Assembly (NCBI GenBank): GCA_963746845.1
Contig: CAVVCZ010000006.1
Location: 320,001-384,000 of the forward strand
Direction of reading: 5' to 3'
Length of the DNA stretch: 64,000 nt
Origin: an uncultured Chloroflexia bacterium
GTDB lineage: Bacteria > Chloroflexota > Limnocylindria > Limnocylindrales > CSP1-4
Positions within the stretch are counted from its first letter, which is position 1; the number at the start of each line of letters is the position of its first letter. A model generated the notes under the pieces. That model worked only from the letters and a program-made list of their open reading frames with translations. It ran no database searches and was not told where the DNA came from. The translations under genes and the position numbers were made by a program. Positions 27,284 to 37,828 of this stretch are shown here, one piece after another.

Positions 27284-28666
27284 TCAGGCGTCGAGGGACT
27301 TGGTCAGCGAGCCCAGGAACTGCACGTTGGTGTCGGTCTTCGAGAGGCGGTTGAGCAGCAGCTCGATGCCCTCGTTCGTGCCGACGGCGGAGAGCATCCG
27401 GCGCATCGTCCAGACCATCTTCAGCGTGCCTTCCTCGAGGAGCAGCTCCTCGCGGCGGGTTCCGGACCGCTGGACGTCGATCGACGGGTAGATCCGCTTC
27501 TCGGCAAGCTTCCGGTCCAGGATGAGCTCCGAGTTGCCGGTGCCCTTGAACTCCTCGTAGATCACGTCGTCCATGCGCGACCCGGTGTCGACGAGGCAGG
27601 TCGCGATGATCGTCAGCGATCCGCCCTCCTCGATGTTCCGGGCGGCCCCGAAGAAGCGCTTGGGCGGGTACAGGGCGATCGGGTCGATGCCGCCCGACAG
27701 CGTCCGCCCGCTCGGCGGCAGCGCCAGGTTGTAGGCGCGGGCGAGCCGGGTGACCGAGTCGAGCAGGATCACGACGTCTCGACCGGTCTCGACCTGCCGC
27801 TTGGCGATCTCGAGCGCCATCTCGGCGACGTGGGTGTGGTTCTCGGTCGGCTCGTCGAACGTCGAGCTGATGACCTCGCCCTTCACGGATCGTCGCATGT
27901 CCGTGACCTCCTCCGGCCGCTCGCCGATCAGGGCGACCATCAGGAGGATGTCCGGGTAGTTCTCGCTGATCCCGTTCGCGATGTTCTTCAGGAGCATCGT
28001 CTTGCCGGCCTTCGGCGGGCTGACGATCAGGGCGCGCTGGCCCTTGCCGAGCGGGTTGACGATGTTGACGAGGCGCTGGCTGAGGTTCTTCGGGTCGCTC
28101 TCGAGGTTGATCAGCTCGTCCGGGTGGACCGGGGTCAGGTCGGCGAACACCGGGCGGCGACGCGCGGTCTCGATGTCCACGCCGTTCACGGCATCGACCC
28201 GGAGCATCCCCCAGTACTTCTCCGCCTCGCGCGGCGCACGGACCGCGCCGCTGACGCGATCGCCGATCCGGAGGCCGAACCGCCGGACCTGGCTGGAGGA
28301 GACGTAGACGTCGTCCGGGCTCGGCAGCAGGCCGTGCCGGCGCATGAACCCGAACCCCTCGTCGACGATGTCGAGGATGCCGGACGCGTACGCGTGACCG
28401 GCCCGCTCGGTCTGGCGCTCGAGGATCCGCTCGACGAGGTCGTCCTTGCGCTCCTGGGTGCCGGTCTCGAGCTGCAGGTCGCGGCTGACGGCCCGGAGCT
28501 CCGTGACGCTCATGTCGCGGAGGTCGGCGATGTCGAGGTCGTTCCGCTCGCGCGCGGCTTCGAGCTCCTGCTGCTCCTCGTACTCCGTGACGGGAGCGCG
28601 CTGGATCTGGCCGCGACGCCGCGGGCGGCGATTGCGCGAACGCTGGTCTGGACCGAGTTGGGGCAT
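27284..28666 (-). CDS. rho: Transcription termination factor Rho
   Basis: [58 protein letters not shown]. Confidence 0.98.
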   Translation of the reverse strand: MPQLGPDQRSRNRRPRRRGQIQRAPVTEYEEQQELEAARERNDLDIADLRDMSVTELRAVSRDLQLETGTQERKDDLVERILERQTERAGHAYASGILDIVDEGFGFMRRHGLLPSPDDVYVSSSQVRRFGLRIGDRVSGAVRAPREAEKYWGMLRVDAVNGVDIETARRRPVFADLTPVHPDELINLESDPKNLSQRLVNIVNPLGKGQRALIVSPPKAGKTMLLKNIANGISENYPDILLMVALIGERPEEVTDMRRSVKGEVISSTFDEPTENHTHVAEMALEIAKRQVETGRDVVILLDSVTRLARAYNLALPPSGRTLSGGIDPIALYPPKRFFGAARNIEEGGSLTIIATCLVDTGSRMDDVIYEEFKGTGNSELILDRKLAEKRIYPSIDVQRSGTRREELLLEEGTLKMVWTMRRMLSAVGTNEGIELLLNRLSKTDTNVQFLGSLTKSLDA

Positions 28667-28763
28667 GGGCGGGGGGTGTCCCTCGAGAGACGGCGTGGGC
28701 CGGATCCGGGCTGGTGTTCGCGCGGAATCGATCCGCTGCGCAGGCCGGTCTGGGATGCAGGGA

Positions 28764-28792
28764 ATCATACGCGGCGCAACGGCCGACGTCAA
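28764..28792 (-). promoter_or_regulatory. rho promoter
   Basis: TTGACG-17-TATGAT on minus strand. Confidence 0.7.
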
Positions 28793-28864
28793 TGGATCGG
28801 CACGGGTCGGGATCGGCGTCCAGGAGCCCGGCGGCCGCCCGGGGCAACCATCCACGGCGCGGCG

Positions 28865-28908
28865 CGCTCATCTGAGCGATTGACTCTCATCTGTGCGATC
28901 CATATGCT
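28865..28908 (+). promoter_or_regulatory. Operon promoter with two candidate SorC-family operators
   Basis: TTGACT(28880)-17-TATGCT(28903); CGCTCATCTGAGCG palindrome 28865-28878 and variant CTCTCATCTGTGCG 28884-28897. Confidence 0.7.
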
Positions 28909-28914
28909 GCCGGG

Positions 28915-29580
28915 GTGTCTCCCACGATCCATGACGCACGCACGTCCGCGATCGCGGCCGCGATCCGGGCGACGCGCCTGGTCGTCGTCCTTCGGCGGAT
29001 CGAGCCCCGCGACCGGCTGGTGGCGCTCGTCGACGAGCTCGCGGACGCCGGGGCGAGCGTGTTCGAGATCACGTTCGACGGCCCGGACGCGGCGGCGGAT
29101 CTTGCCGCCGTGCGGTGGCATCTGGAGGGGCGCGACCCCGCCGACGCCTGGGTCGGCGCCGGCACGGTCCGCTCGATCGCCGAGCTGGATGCCGCCGTGG
29201 ATGCCGGGGCCGCCTTCGGGGTGAGTCCCGTGCTGGATCGCGACGTCCTGGATCGGGCCGCGTCTCACGGGCTGCCGTTCGTCCCGGGCGCCTACACCCC
29301 GACCGAGGTCGACGCGGCGTGGCGGGCCGGGGCGGCGTTCGTCAAGCTATTCCCCGGCTCGTCGCTGGGTCCGGACCACGTCCGCGAGCTGCGTGGGCCG
29401 CTGCCGGAGATCGAGACGATCGTGACCGGCGGGGTGGATGGATCGAATGCCGGGGCGTTCCTCGCGGCCGGTGCGACGGCGGTCGGCATCGGCTCCGCGA
29501 TCGTGCGGGCCACGCCGGCCGAGCGACGCGAGATCGTCGCCTCGATCGCGGCCGCACCGCGACCGGGATCGCCGGCATGA
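28915..29580 (+). CDS. KDPG/KHG aldolase family protein
   Basis: FEIT, VGAGTV, FGVSP, PGAYTPTE, VKLFPG, TGGV. Confidence 0.9.
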   Translation: MSPTIHDARTSAIAAAIRATRLVVVLRRIEPRDRLVALVDELADAGASVFEITFDGPDAAADLAAVRWHLEGRDPADAWVGAGTVRSIAELDAAVDAGAAFGVSPVLDRDVLDRAASHGLPFVPGAYTPTEVDAAWRAGAAFVKLFPGSSLGPDHVRELRGPLPEIETIVTGGVDGSNAGAFLAAGATAVGIGSAIVRATPAERREIVASIAAAPRPGSPA

Positions 29581-30614
29581 TCGAGACCGAGCCCGCCGTC
29601 CGCGATGACTCGGCGCTGGCCGGTCAGGTCGCCCGCCTGTTCTTCGACCGCCAGCTCACGAAGGTCGAGATCGCCGGCCGGCTCGGGATCTCCCGGTTCC
29701 GCGTGGCCCGCCTGCTCGATCGCGCGCTCGCCGACGGGATCGTCCGGATCGAGTTCCGCGACGTCCCGGCGGAGGATCGCGCCCTCGCCCGCCAGGTCGA
29801 GGAGCGGTACGGCCTGGACCTGTGCGTGGTCGCGTCCACGGCCGACGACCCGACGACCGCCGCGGCGCGTCTGGCCGCGGGCGTCCTCGATGACCTGCTC
29901 ACGCACGGCGTCGCGATCGGCGTCGCCTGGGGTTCGACGGTGTCGCGCGTGGTCCGCGAGATGCCCGCCCGGCGCGATCCGACGATCCACGTCGTCCAGC
30001 TGGCCGGCGGCTCGTCGAGCCTGGATCCGGGCGCCGATCCGGGGGATGTCACCCGGGTCCTCGCCGAGCGACTCGGCGGCCGGGGGCTGCGGATCCACGC
30101 CCCGGCGTTCGTCGAGTCGGCCGAGCTGCGCGACGCGCTGGTCCGCCAGCCGGAGATCGCGGCGACCGTCGAGCGATTCGCGGACGTGTCGATCGCCCTC
30201 CTCGGGATCGGCGCGTTCGGGCCGGACGGCGGACGATCCGGCTCGTCGTTGCTCCGCTCGGGAGCCCTGCCGCCGGCGGCCGTCCGGCAGCTGATCGATG
30301 ACGGAGCGATCGGCGACCTCCTCGTCCACCCGTTCGATGCGAGCGGATCGTTCCTGGCACCCGAGATCGGGGCGAGAGCCGTCTCGATCGGCGTCGACGA
30401 GCTTCGTCGGGTCCGGCACGTGGTCGCCGTGGCGACCGGCGCCGAGAAAGCGACCGCGATCCGCGGGGCGCTCCGGACGGGCGTCGTGCGGATCCTCGTG
30501 ACGGACGCCGCGGCGGCGACGGTCCTGGCGGGTGGCGGCGGGCGCGGATCCGCTCGGCCCGCGTCGTCGCGACGCCCGGCCCGGACGCCCCGCGCGAAGG
30601 CATCGCAGCCATGA
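29577..30614 (+). CDS. SorC/DeoR sugar-binding transcriptional regulator
   Basis: EIAGRLGISRFRVARLLDRA...GIVRI, GVAWGST, KATAIRGAL..LVTD. Confidence 0.92.
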   Translation: MIETEPAVRDDSALAGQVARLFFDRQLTKVEIAGRLGISRFRVARLLDRALADGIVRIEFRDVPAEDRALARQVEERYGLDLCVVASTADDPTTAAARLAAGVLDDLLTHGVAIGVAWGSTVSRVVREMPARRDPTIHVVQLAGGSSSLDPGADPGDVTRVLAERLGGRGLRIHAPAFVESAELRDALVRQPEIAATVERFADVSIALLGIGAFGPDGGRSGSSLLRSGALPPAAVRQLIDDGAIGDLLVHPFDASGSFLAPEIGARAVSIGVDELRRVRHVVAVATGAEKATAIRGALRTGVVRILVTDAAAATVLAGGGGRGSARPASSRRPARTPRAKASQP

Positions 30615-31426
30615 ACCGCCTGCGTGATCGCGTCTGTCTCGTCACCGGGTCGACCGGGATCGCGGCGGCCGCCGCTCGGAGGTTCGCCGCCGAGGGGGCC
30701 TCGGTGTTCGTGGTGTCGCGAACGGCGGCCCACGTCCGCGCGCTGACCGACCAGATCGCCGCGACCGGCGGCGTCGTGGCGTCGACCGTCGCCGACCTGA
30801 CCGACGAGGCGGCCGTCGAGCGCGCGGTCGCCGACTGCGTCGATCGCTACGGGCGGATCGACGGACTGTTCTCGGTGGCGGGGGGCAGCGGCCGGCGGTT
30901 CGGAGACGGACCGATCGATACCGTGACCCGCGACGCGTGGGACCGGACCCTGGAGCTGAACCTGACGACCCAGGCGCTCGTCTGCCGCGCGGTCGTCGCG
31001 CGGATGCGGGCCCAGGAGCCGAACGGGTCGGGGACGCGCGGCTCGATCCTGCTGTTGGGCAGCGTCACGACGTCGGACCCATCGCCCGAGTACTTCGCCA
31101 CCCATGCCTACGCCGCCGCGAAGGGCGCCCTGACGTCGCTGATGACGACGATGGCGGCCGCCTATCTGCCGGATCGGATCCGCGTCAACGTCGTCGCGCC
31201 CGGTCTGACCGAGACACGGATGGCCGGGCGGGCGGCCGGCGACCCGGCGATCCGGGCGTACGCGGCCCGGAAGCAGCCGCTCGCGGGCGAGATGATGGAC
31301 CCGGACGAGATCGCCCACGCCGCGGTCTTCTTCCTTGCGGACGAATCGCGGGCCGTGACCGGGCAGCTGCTGAAGGTGGACGGCGGATGGTCGGTCGCGT
31401 CGGTGTCGCCGGAGCCCGGGCGATGA
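30611..31426 (+). CDS. SDR family oxidoreductase
   Basis: VTGSTGIA, YAAAKG, IRVNVVAPG, VTGQ...VDGG. Confidence 0.92.
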   Translation: MNRLRDRVCLVTGSTGIAAAAARRFAAEGASVFVVSRTAAHVRALTDQIAATGGVVASTVADLTDEAAVERAVADCVDRYGRIDGLFSVAGGSGRRFGDGPIDTVTRDAWDRTLELNLTTQALVCRAVVARMRAQEPNGSGTRGSILLLGSVTTSDPSPEYFATHAYAAAKGALTSLMTTMAAAYLPDRIRVNVVAPGLTETRMAGRAAGDPAIRAYAARKQPLAGEMMDPDEIAHAAVFFLADESRAVTGQLLKVDGGWSVASVSPEPGR

Positions 31427-32775
31427 CCGCCGCCTGGTCCACCGCGGTGCCCGCGATTGCCGCCGCCGACGTCTGCATCGTCGGGTCGGGATCGGCGGGG
31501 TCCACCGCGGCGATCGCCGCGGCGCGCTGCGGGGCGTCGGTCGTGCTCATCGAGAAGCTGCCGTTCCTCGGCGGGACGAGCACCGCCGTCCTCGACACCT
31601 TCTACGGGTTCTGGACGCCGGGGCAGGAGCCGCGCAAGGTGGTCGGCGGGATCGCGGACGAGGTCGTCGGCGGGCTGCGGGCGCTCGGGCCGGTCGTCGA
31701 GCGACCGAACACCTACGGGGCCGGAACCGGGATCACCTACGTCGCGGAGCACCTGAAGGTCGTCTGGGAGGGGCTGGTCGCGGATGCCGGCGTCCGGATC
31801 CTCCTCCACGCGTTCGTCCAGGACGTCGCGGTCGACGCGGAAGGTCGCGTTCGATCGTTGCTCGTCGCGACCAAGGCGGGTCTGCGGCGGATCGAGGCCC
31901 GCGTCTTCGTCGATGCGAGCGGCGACGCCGATCTCTGCGCGTTCGCCGGGTTCGGGTTCGAGACGGCCGGCGAGATCGATCCGGCCCAGACCCTCACGAC
32001 GACGTTCCGGATGGCGAACGTCGACCGGGCGCGACGGGCGACGATCATGACGGACGACCTCCACGCGCGGATGGCGGAGGCCGCCCGCGACGGATACGAC
32101 CTGCCCCGCCGGGAGGGATCCGACCACGTCACGCCTGTCGAGGGGGTGACCGCGACAATCATGACCCGGCTCGAGCCGAACGAGCGCGATGGGGACGGGA
32201 ACCTCGTCGACACGACCGACCCCGGGTTCCTGACCCGGGCCGAGATCGCCGGGCGGCGCCAGGCACTGGAGTACGCCCGGTTCCTCGTCGATCACGTGCC
32301 CGGCTACGAGGCCGCGTCGCTCGTCGGGCTCGGCACGCAGATCGGCATCCGCGAGACGCGCCGGGTGTACGGGGACGCCCGCCTGACGCGTGACGACGTC
32401 CTCGCGGCCCGCCAGTTCGCGGACCAGGTCGCGCTGTGCGGCGCCCCGATCGAGGACCACCGGGCCGGCCCGGACACGCGCTGGTCCTACCTGCCGGAGG
32501 GCCGCGCGGTCGGGATCCCGTGGCGGACGCTCGTCGTCCGCGACGCGGTCAACGTCCTCGTGGCCGGGCGGTGCTTCTCGGCGACGCACGACGCCCACGC
32601 CGCGGTCCGGTCGATGGCCCAGTGCATGGCGATGGGCCAGGCGGCCGGCACGGCGGCGGCGATGGCCATCGCCCGACCGGACGGCGGCGTCCGAGGCGTG
32701 TCGATCGCGGCGCTCCGTGACCGTCTCGCCGGCGACGGCGCCATCCTCGATCTCTCGATGGCGCGCGCGGCATGA
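31423..32775 (+). CDS. FAD-dependent oxidoreductase (FAD_oxidored-type)
   Basis: VGSGSAG..AAIAAAR.G, FVDASGDAD, GIRETRR, NVLVAGRCFS, MAMGQAAG. Confidence 0.9.
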   Translation: MTAAWSTAVPAIAAADVCIVGSGSAGSTAAIAAARCGASVVLIEKLPFLGGTSTAVLDTFYGFWTPGQEPRKVVGGIADEVVGGLRALGPVVERPNTYGAGTGITYVAEHLKVVWEGLVADAGVRILLHAFVQDVAVDAEGRVRSLLVATKAGLRRIEARVFVDASGDADLCAFAGFGFETAGEIDPAQTLTTTFRMANVDRARRATIMTDDLHARMAEAARDGYDLPRREGSDHVTPVEGVTATIMTRLEPNERDGDGNLVDTTDPGFLTRAEIAGRRQALEYARFLVDHVPGYEAASLVGLGTQIGIRETRRVYGDARLTRDDVLAARQFADQVALCGAPIEDHRAGPDTRWSYLPEGRAVGIPWRTLVVRDAVNVLVAGRCFSATHDAHAAVRSMAQCMAMGQAAGTAAAMAIARPDGGVRGVSIAALRDRLAGDGAILDLSMARAA

Positions 32776-33734
32776 GCTTCGTCCGCACCGTCCTCGGGGA
32801 CATCGACGCATCGGCGATGGGCGTGACGTACGCCCACGAGCACCTGGTGATCGACGGCGGGCGGCCGGTCGAGATGTCGGCCGACTTCCTCCTCGCCGAT
32901 GTCGACCTCCTGGCATCCGAGCTCGCGGACGCGCGCGCCGCGGGGCTGGAGACCGCGATCGACGCGATGCCGGCCGACTGCGGACGGAACCCGGCGAAGC
33001 TGGCGGAGCTCTCGCGCCGGACCGGGGTCCATCTCGTCGCGGCGACGGGGCTGCACCACGAGAAGTTCTACGGCCCGTCGCACTGGAGCCTGCGGGCGAG
33101 CGAGCACGAGCTGACGGACCTGTTCGCGGCGGACGTGGAGGACGGGATCGACGCCCGCGACTACGGCGGGGCGCTCGTCCAACGGACGGAGCACCGCGCC
33201 GGGATCGTCAAGGTCGGGGGAAGCGAGGGCGGCCCGTCGGCGCGCGATCTGCCGATCTTCCGCGCCGCCGCCCACGCTCATCGTCGGACCGGCGTCCCGG
33301 TCCACACGCACTGCGAGGGCGGTACGGGCGCGCTGGAGCAGGTCCGGGTCCTGACCGACGCCGGCGCGGCGGCGGAGCACATCTCGCTCAGCCACGTCGA
33401 CAAGGTCGTCGACCGCGGCTATCACCGCGAGATCGTCGAGACCGGGGCATTCGTGGTCTACGACCAGGCGTTCCGCTGGGGCGACCGCCCGAACGGCACG
33501 CTCCAGCTGCTCGAGTGGGCCGTCGAGGATGGCCATGTCGGGCAGGTGATGCTCGGGATGGATGCCGCCCGCCAGGGCTACTACCGGGCATTCGGTGGCT
33601 CGCCCGGGCTGTCGTTTCTCCTGGGCGAGTTCACCCGGGCCATGGACGAGCGCGGTCTGGACGCCGCCCTCCGACATCGCCTCTTCGTCGACAATCCAGC
33701 TCGCGCATTCGCGTTCGCGGAGGACCCCGGATGA
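32772..33734 (+). CDS. Phosphotriesterase-like lactonase
   Basis: RTVLGDI, AHEHL, GIVKVG, PVHTHC, SHVD, LGMD. Confidence 0.9.
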   Translation: MSFVRTVLGDIDASAMGVTYAHEHLVIDGGRPVEMSADFLLADVDLLASELADARAAGLETAIDAMPADCGRNPAKLAELSRRTGVHLVAATGLHHEKFYGPSHWSLRASEHELTDLFAADVEDGIDARDYGGALVQRTEHRAGIVKVGGSEGGPSARDLPIFRAAAHAHRRTGVPVHTHCEGGTGALEQVRVLTDAGAAAEHISLSHVDKVVDRGYHREIVETGAFVVYDQAFRWGDRPNGTLQLLEWAVEDGHVGQVMLGMDAARQGYYRAFGGSPGLSFLLGEFTRAMDERGLDAALRHRLFVDNPARAFAFAEDPG

Positions 33735-34807
33735 GCCACGAGCCGCTCCTCACCAGCGTCGTCGGATCGCACGCGCACCCCGGCTGGTTCGCGGCGGGCA
33801 TCGCGGCCGCGGAGCGCGGCGAGTACGGGTCGGCCGATCTGGCCGAGCTCCTCGACGACGGCGTCGATCTCGCGATCCGCGATCAGGAGCGTGCGGGGAT
33901 CGACGTGATCAGCGACGGCGAGATGCGTCGGGCAGGCTTCTTCACGGCCGAGTTCTACCGTCACCTGACCGGGGTCCGGGCGCTGCCACCGGACCGGCGG
34001 CTCGGCGCGGGCGCGCACGACGGACTGCATCGGTTCGCGGTGGGGGACCGGATCGCCGCACCGAACGGGCTCGGCGTCGTCGCGGAGCTCGTCGCCGCCC
34101 GCGAACGGACGGATCGCCCCCTCAAGATCACGCTCCCGGGTCCGTACACATTGTCCGGGCGTCTGGTCACCGGACCGGGCGAGGTCTACCCGACCCGCGT
34201 CGACGCGGCGGAGGCGTTCGTCCCGATCCTCCAGGCGGAGCTGCGTGGCCTCGTCGACGCCGGCGCGACGATCATCCAGGTCGACGAGCCGTCGCCGGCG
34301 ATCCATCCCGATGCCCCCGCCGACTTCGCCGCCCTGTTCAACGCCGTCGTCGAGCCGGCGCGCGGCCGGGCCCGTCTCGGCGCCCACCTCTGCTTCGGCA
34401 ACTTCCTCGGGCGGCCGCTCGCGCCCCGCTCGTACCGGCCGATCCTCGACGCGATGCTCGGGTTCCACGTCGACGAGCTCGTCCTCGAGTTCGCCAACCG
34501 CGAGATGAGCGAGGTCGCGATCCTGAGCGAGATCAACGATGCCGGCCGGGACGTCGCCGCCGGAGTCATCGACGTCAAGAACTCCCACGTCGAGACCGCC
34601 CGCGAGGTCGCGGGCCGGATCGAGGCGATCCTCGCCACCGGGGTCCCGCCGGATCGCCTCACCATCGTCCCGGACTGCGGCTTCAGCCAGACGGCCCGGC
34701 ACCTCGCGGTCGCCAAGCTCCATGCCCTCGTCGCGGGCCGGGATCTCGTCCTCGGCCGCAGCGCGACCCCACGGACTGTCACCACCCAGGAGACGCTGAC
34801 CCGATGA
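33731..34807 (+). CDS. Cobalamin-independent methionine synthase II-like (single-domain MetE family) protein
   Basis: [45 protein letters not shown]. Confidence 0.88.
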   Translation: MSHEPLLTSVVGSHAHPGWFAAGIAAAERGEYGSADLAELLDDGVDLAIRDQERAGIDVISDGEMRRAGFFTAEFYRHLTGVRALPPDRRLGAGAHDGLHRFAVGDRIAAPNGLGVVAELVAARERTDRPLKITLPGPYTLSGRLVTGPGEVYPTRVDAAEAFVPILQAELRGLVDAGATIIQVDEPSPAIHPDAPADFAALFNAVVEPARGRARLGAHLCFGNFLGRPLAPRSYRPILDAMLGFHVDELVLEFANREMSEVAILSEINDAGRDVAAGVIDVKNSHVETAREVAGRIEAILATGVPPDRLTIVPDCGFSQTARHLAVAKLHALVAGRDLVLGRSATPRTVTTQETLTR

Positions 34808-36006
34808 AGGCCCATCACATCACGATGCTCGGCACCGGGCTGATCGGTGACTTCTACACGGCGACCCTCCACGGGCAGCGCGGTCGCGACCATGTCCGGG
34901 TCGTGTTCTCGAGGAGCGAGGCGCGCGGCGCCGCCTTCAGCGAGCGCTGGTCGATCCCGGAGCACACGACCGACCTGAAAGCGGCGATCGAGCACGACGA
35001 CACGGACGTCGTCGTCATCGGGCTGCCGAACTACCTCCACGAGGAGGCGGTCGGGCTCGCGGCGGCCGCCGGCAAGGCCGTCCTCTGCACGAAGCCGCTC
35101 GGTCGGAACGCCGACGAGGCGCGCCGGATGCTCGAGACGGTCGAGACGGCCGGCATCTTCGGCGGCTACCTCGAGGACCTGTGCTACACGCCGAAGACGC
35201 TCAAGGCCGTGAAGAGCGTCCAGGACGGCGCGATCGGCGACGTGACGTGGGTCCGCTCCCGAGAGACGCACCCCGGGCCCCACAGCGCCTGGTTCTGGGA
35301 CGGCCGGCTGACCGGCGGCGGCGCGATCATCGACCTCGGCTGCCACTGCATCGAGATCATCCGGAACTTCGTCGGCAAGGGGAACCGGCCGGTCGAGATC
35401 CTGTGCACGACCGACACCCTCGTCCACCCGATCGACGACGAGGACAACGCGATCGCCCTGATCCGCTTCGCGTCCGGTGCGATCGGCCAGTTCGAGGTCA
35501 GCTGGACGTTCCGCGGCGGGATGGACCTGCGCGACGAGGTCGCCGGCACCCACGGCACGATCTGGATGAACCACTTCCTCCGGACCGGGTTCGAGATGTT
35601 CACGGCGGGCGGTGGCAGCGGCTACGTCGCCGAGAAGGCGGAGACGTCGGCGGGCTGGCTGTTCCCGGTCGGCGACGAGGTGTCCGAGCTCGGCTACATC
35701 GACATGTTCTCGGACATGTTCGAGGCGCTCGAGGCCGGTCGCGCCCCGCGCGAGACGTTCTACGACGGCTATGTGGTGAACGCCGTCATGGACGCGGCGT
35801 ACCGCTCGGCGAAGGCCCACGCCTGGGAGCCGATCGAGCTATTCGAGTGGCGCGGCGGGATGACGCCCCGGATCGCGAAGACCGCGGAGACGTACGAGGG
35901 CCAGACGGTGATCAAGCGCGAGGTCCTGCCGGACGGCCGGACGAAGCTGATCCTGAAGGACCCCGCGTCGGGCGATTACACGGACCGGATCGTCGCGGGC
36001 GGCTGA
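34804..36006 (+). CDS. Gfo/Idh/MocA oxidoreductase
   Basis: [25 protein letters not shown]. Confidence 0.92.
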   Translation: MKAHHITMLGTGLIGDFYTATLHGQRGRDHVRVVFSRSEARGAAFSERWSIPEHTTDLKAAIEHDDTDVVVIGLPNYLHEEAVGLAAAAGKAVLCTKPLGRNADEARRMLETVETAGIFGGYLEDLCYTPKTLKAVKSVQDGAIGDVTWVRSRETHPGPHSAWFWDGRLTGGGAIIDLGCHCIEIIRNFVGKGNRPVEILCTTDTLVHPIDDEDNAIALIRFASGAIGQFEVSWTFRGGMDLRDEVAGTHGTIWMNHFLRTGFEMFTAGGGSGYVAEKAETSAGWLFPVGDEVSELGYIDMFSDMFEALEAGRAPRETFYDGYVVNAVMDAAYRSAKAHAWEPIELFEWRGGMTPRIAKTAETYEGQTVIKREVLPDGRTKLILKDPASGDYTDRIVAGG

Positions 36007-36040
36007 CCCGGTCGTGCCGGCTCGTGCCATGCTCCGAACC

Positions 36041-36793
36041 GTGACGACGGGGTTCGATCCGGAGACGGAGTACCTGGTCACGCTCCGGCGAGCGGCCGCG
36101 GATTCGACGGTCGTCGGCGTCGTCGTGTTCGGGTCGCGCGCGGCCGCCGCCCTTGTCACCCACGAGTCCGACGTCGACGCGTTCGTGATCGTCGATGGCC
36201 CCGACGCCGCCCCGGCCCGCTGGCAGACGCCGCACGGCTCGCCGGTCGAGGTCTGGGCGGTGACGCTCGACGAGTTTCGCGATCACGGCCTGCCCGGGAG
36301 CCCGACCGCCTGGAACCGACCGGCGTTCATCCGCGCCCGGGTCGACCTGGACCGGCTCGACGGGGAGATCGGCCGGCTCGTCGATCGGAAGCGCCGGCTC
36401 GACGCCGAGGAGGCCACCGCCCTCGCGAACGCCTCGCTGGGGGATGCGCTCAACTCGCTGTACCGGGCGCTCCGGAACGTCGAGGCGGGACGGGATCTCG
36501 CGGCCCGCCTGGACGCCGCCGACGCCGTCGGCCCGATGCTGGCGGCTGCGTTCGCCCTCGAGGGCCGCGTCCGTCCCTTCAACAAGTGGCTCCAGTTCGA
36601 GCTCGACGCGGAGCCGCTCCAGGGACCCGAGAACGCGGCCATCTTCCCGGCCGCCGAGCGGCTCCTCGCCCACGCGACCCCGAGGGTCCTCCGGTCCGCG
36701 TTCCGGCAGCTGGAGGCCGCCGCCCGGGCATCCGGCCGCGACGCGATCGTCGACGACTGGGAGCCGGACGTCACCTGGCTCCGCGGCGAGTAG
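36041..36793 (+). CDS. Nucleotidyltransferase-domain protein (Pol beta superfamily); start uncertain (36014-36041)
   Basis: GVVVFGSRA......ESDVD; helical C-terminus with RPFNKWL. Confidence 0.75.
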   Translation: MTTGFDPETEYLVTLRRAAADSTVVGVVVFGSRAAAALVTHESDVDAFVIVDGPDAAPARWQTPHGSPVEVWAVTLDEFRDHGLPGSPTAWNRPAFIRARVDLDRLDGEIGRLVDRKRRLDAEEATALANASLGDALNSLYRALRNVEAGRDLAARLDAADAVGPMLAAAFALEGRVRPFNKWLQFELDAEPLQGPENAAIFPAAERLLAHATPRVLRSAFRQLEAAARASGRDAIVDDWEPDVTWLRGE

Positions 36794-36801
36794 CCGAACG
36801 A

Positions 36802-37785
36802 TCAGGGCGCGAGCCCGAGGCCCTCGAGGAACGCGTAGCGCTCGGTCTGCTGGACGAGCTCGCCGGCCTCGTGGCCGTTGAACGACCAGACCCGGATCTC
36901 CTTCGGCCCCGCGTAGTGGTTATGGGCGGCGAAGACGGTCGACGGCGGACAGATCCGATCCATCAGTCCGACCGAGAAGATCGCCGGCGCCGTCGCGCGC
37001 GTCGCGAAGTTCAGCCCGTCGCCGTAGGACAGCGTCCGGAAGACGTCCGCCTCGCGCGTTCGATGGATCGCAAGGTAGCGCGTCAGCTCCTGGTACGGGA
37101 AGTCGTCGGTGACCTCGACGGCACGCCGCCAGTGACACAGGAACGGCACGTCGACCATCGCGGCGCGAACCCCGGGAGCGAGGGCCGCCGCGGCGAGGGC
37201 CAGGCCGCCGCCCTGGCTCTGGCCCGTGACCGCGATCCGGGATCCGTCCACGAGCGGGTGTCGCGCGGCCGCCTCGACCGCGAGCGCCGCGTCGGCGATC
37301 AGGCGGCGGTAGTACCAGCTCGCCGGTCGCTCGATCCCGCGCGTGACGAACCCCGGGTAGTTGCCGCCGTCGGCGCCGTCAACGTCCTCGACGTCCGGAG
37401 TGTCACCCGGCGTCCAGGCACTCCCCTGCCCCCGGGTGTCCATCACGAAGTGCGCGTAGCCGGCCGTCGCCCAGCGGAGCCACTGGAACGGCAGCGACCG
37501 ACCACCGCCGTAGCCGATGTACTCGACGACCGTCGGCAGCGGCGTGCCGGCGCCGGCGGGGGCGAGGAGCCAGGCCTTGATCGGCTGGCCGGCGAAGCCG
37601 CCGAACGTCACGTCGTCGACCGTCACCGCGCGCAGCGGCGTGTCGAGACGGACGAACGCGGGCGCCGGCGCCGCTTCGCGCGACCGGGTCAGCGTGTCCC
37701 GCCAGAACGCGTCGAAGTCGGGCTCCTCCGCGCGTTCCGGGCGGTACGTTCTCAGCTCGTCAAGGGGCAGGTCGAAAGCGCTCAT
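36802..37785 (-). CDS. Acetylxylan esterase (CE7)
   Basis: EPDFDAFW, DTRGQG, GQSQGGG, D.ICPPST, NGHE. Confidence 0.95.
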   Translation of the reverse strand: MSAFDLPLDELRTYRPERAEEPDFDAFWRDTLTRSREAAPAPAFVRLDTPLRAVTVDDVTFGGFAGQPIKAWLLAPAGAGTPLPTVVEYIGYGGGRSLPFQWLRWATAGYAHFVMDTRGQGSAWTPGDTPDVEDVDGADGGNYPGFVTRGIERPASWYYRRLIADAALAVEAAARHPLVDGSRIAVTGQSQGGGLALAAAALAPGVRAAMVDVPFLCHWRRAVEVTDDFPYQELTRYLAIHRTREADVFRTLSYGDGLNFATRATAPAIFSVGLMDRICPPSTVFAAHNHYAGPKEIRVWSFNGHEAGELVQQTERYAFLEGLGLAP

Positions 37786-37828
37786 CGTCGACGCTCCCGT
37801 GGCGGATCGGCGGGGCCGGACGCCCCGC

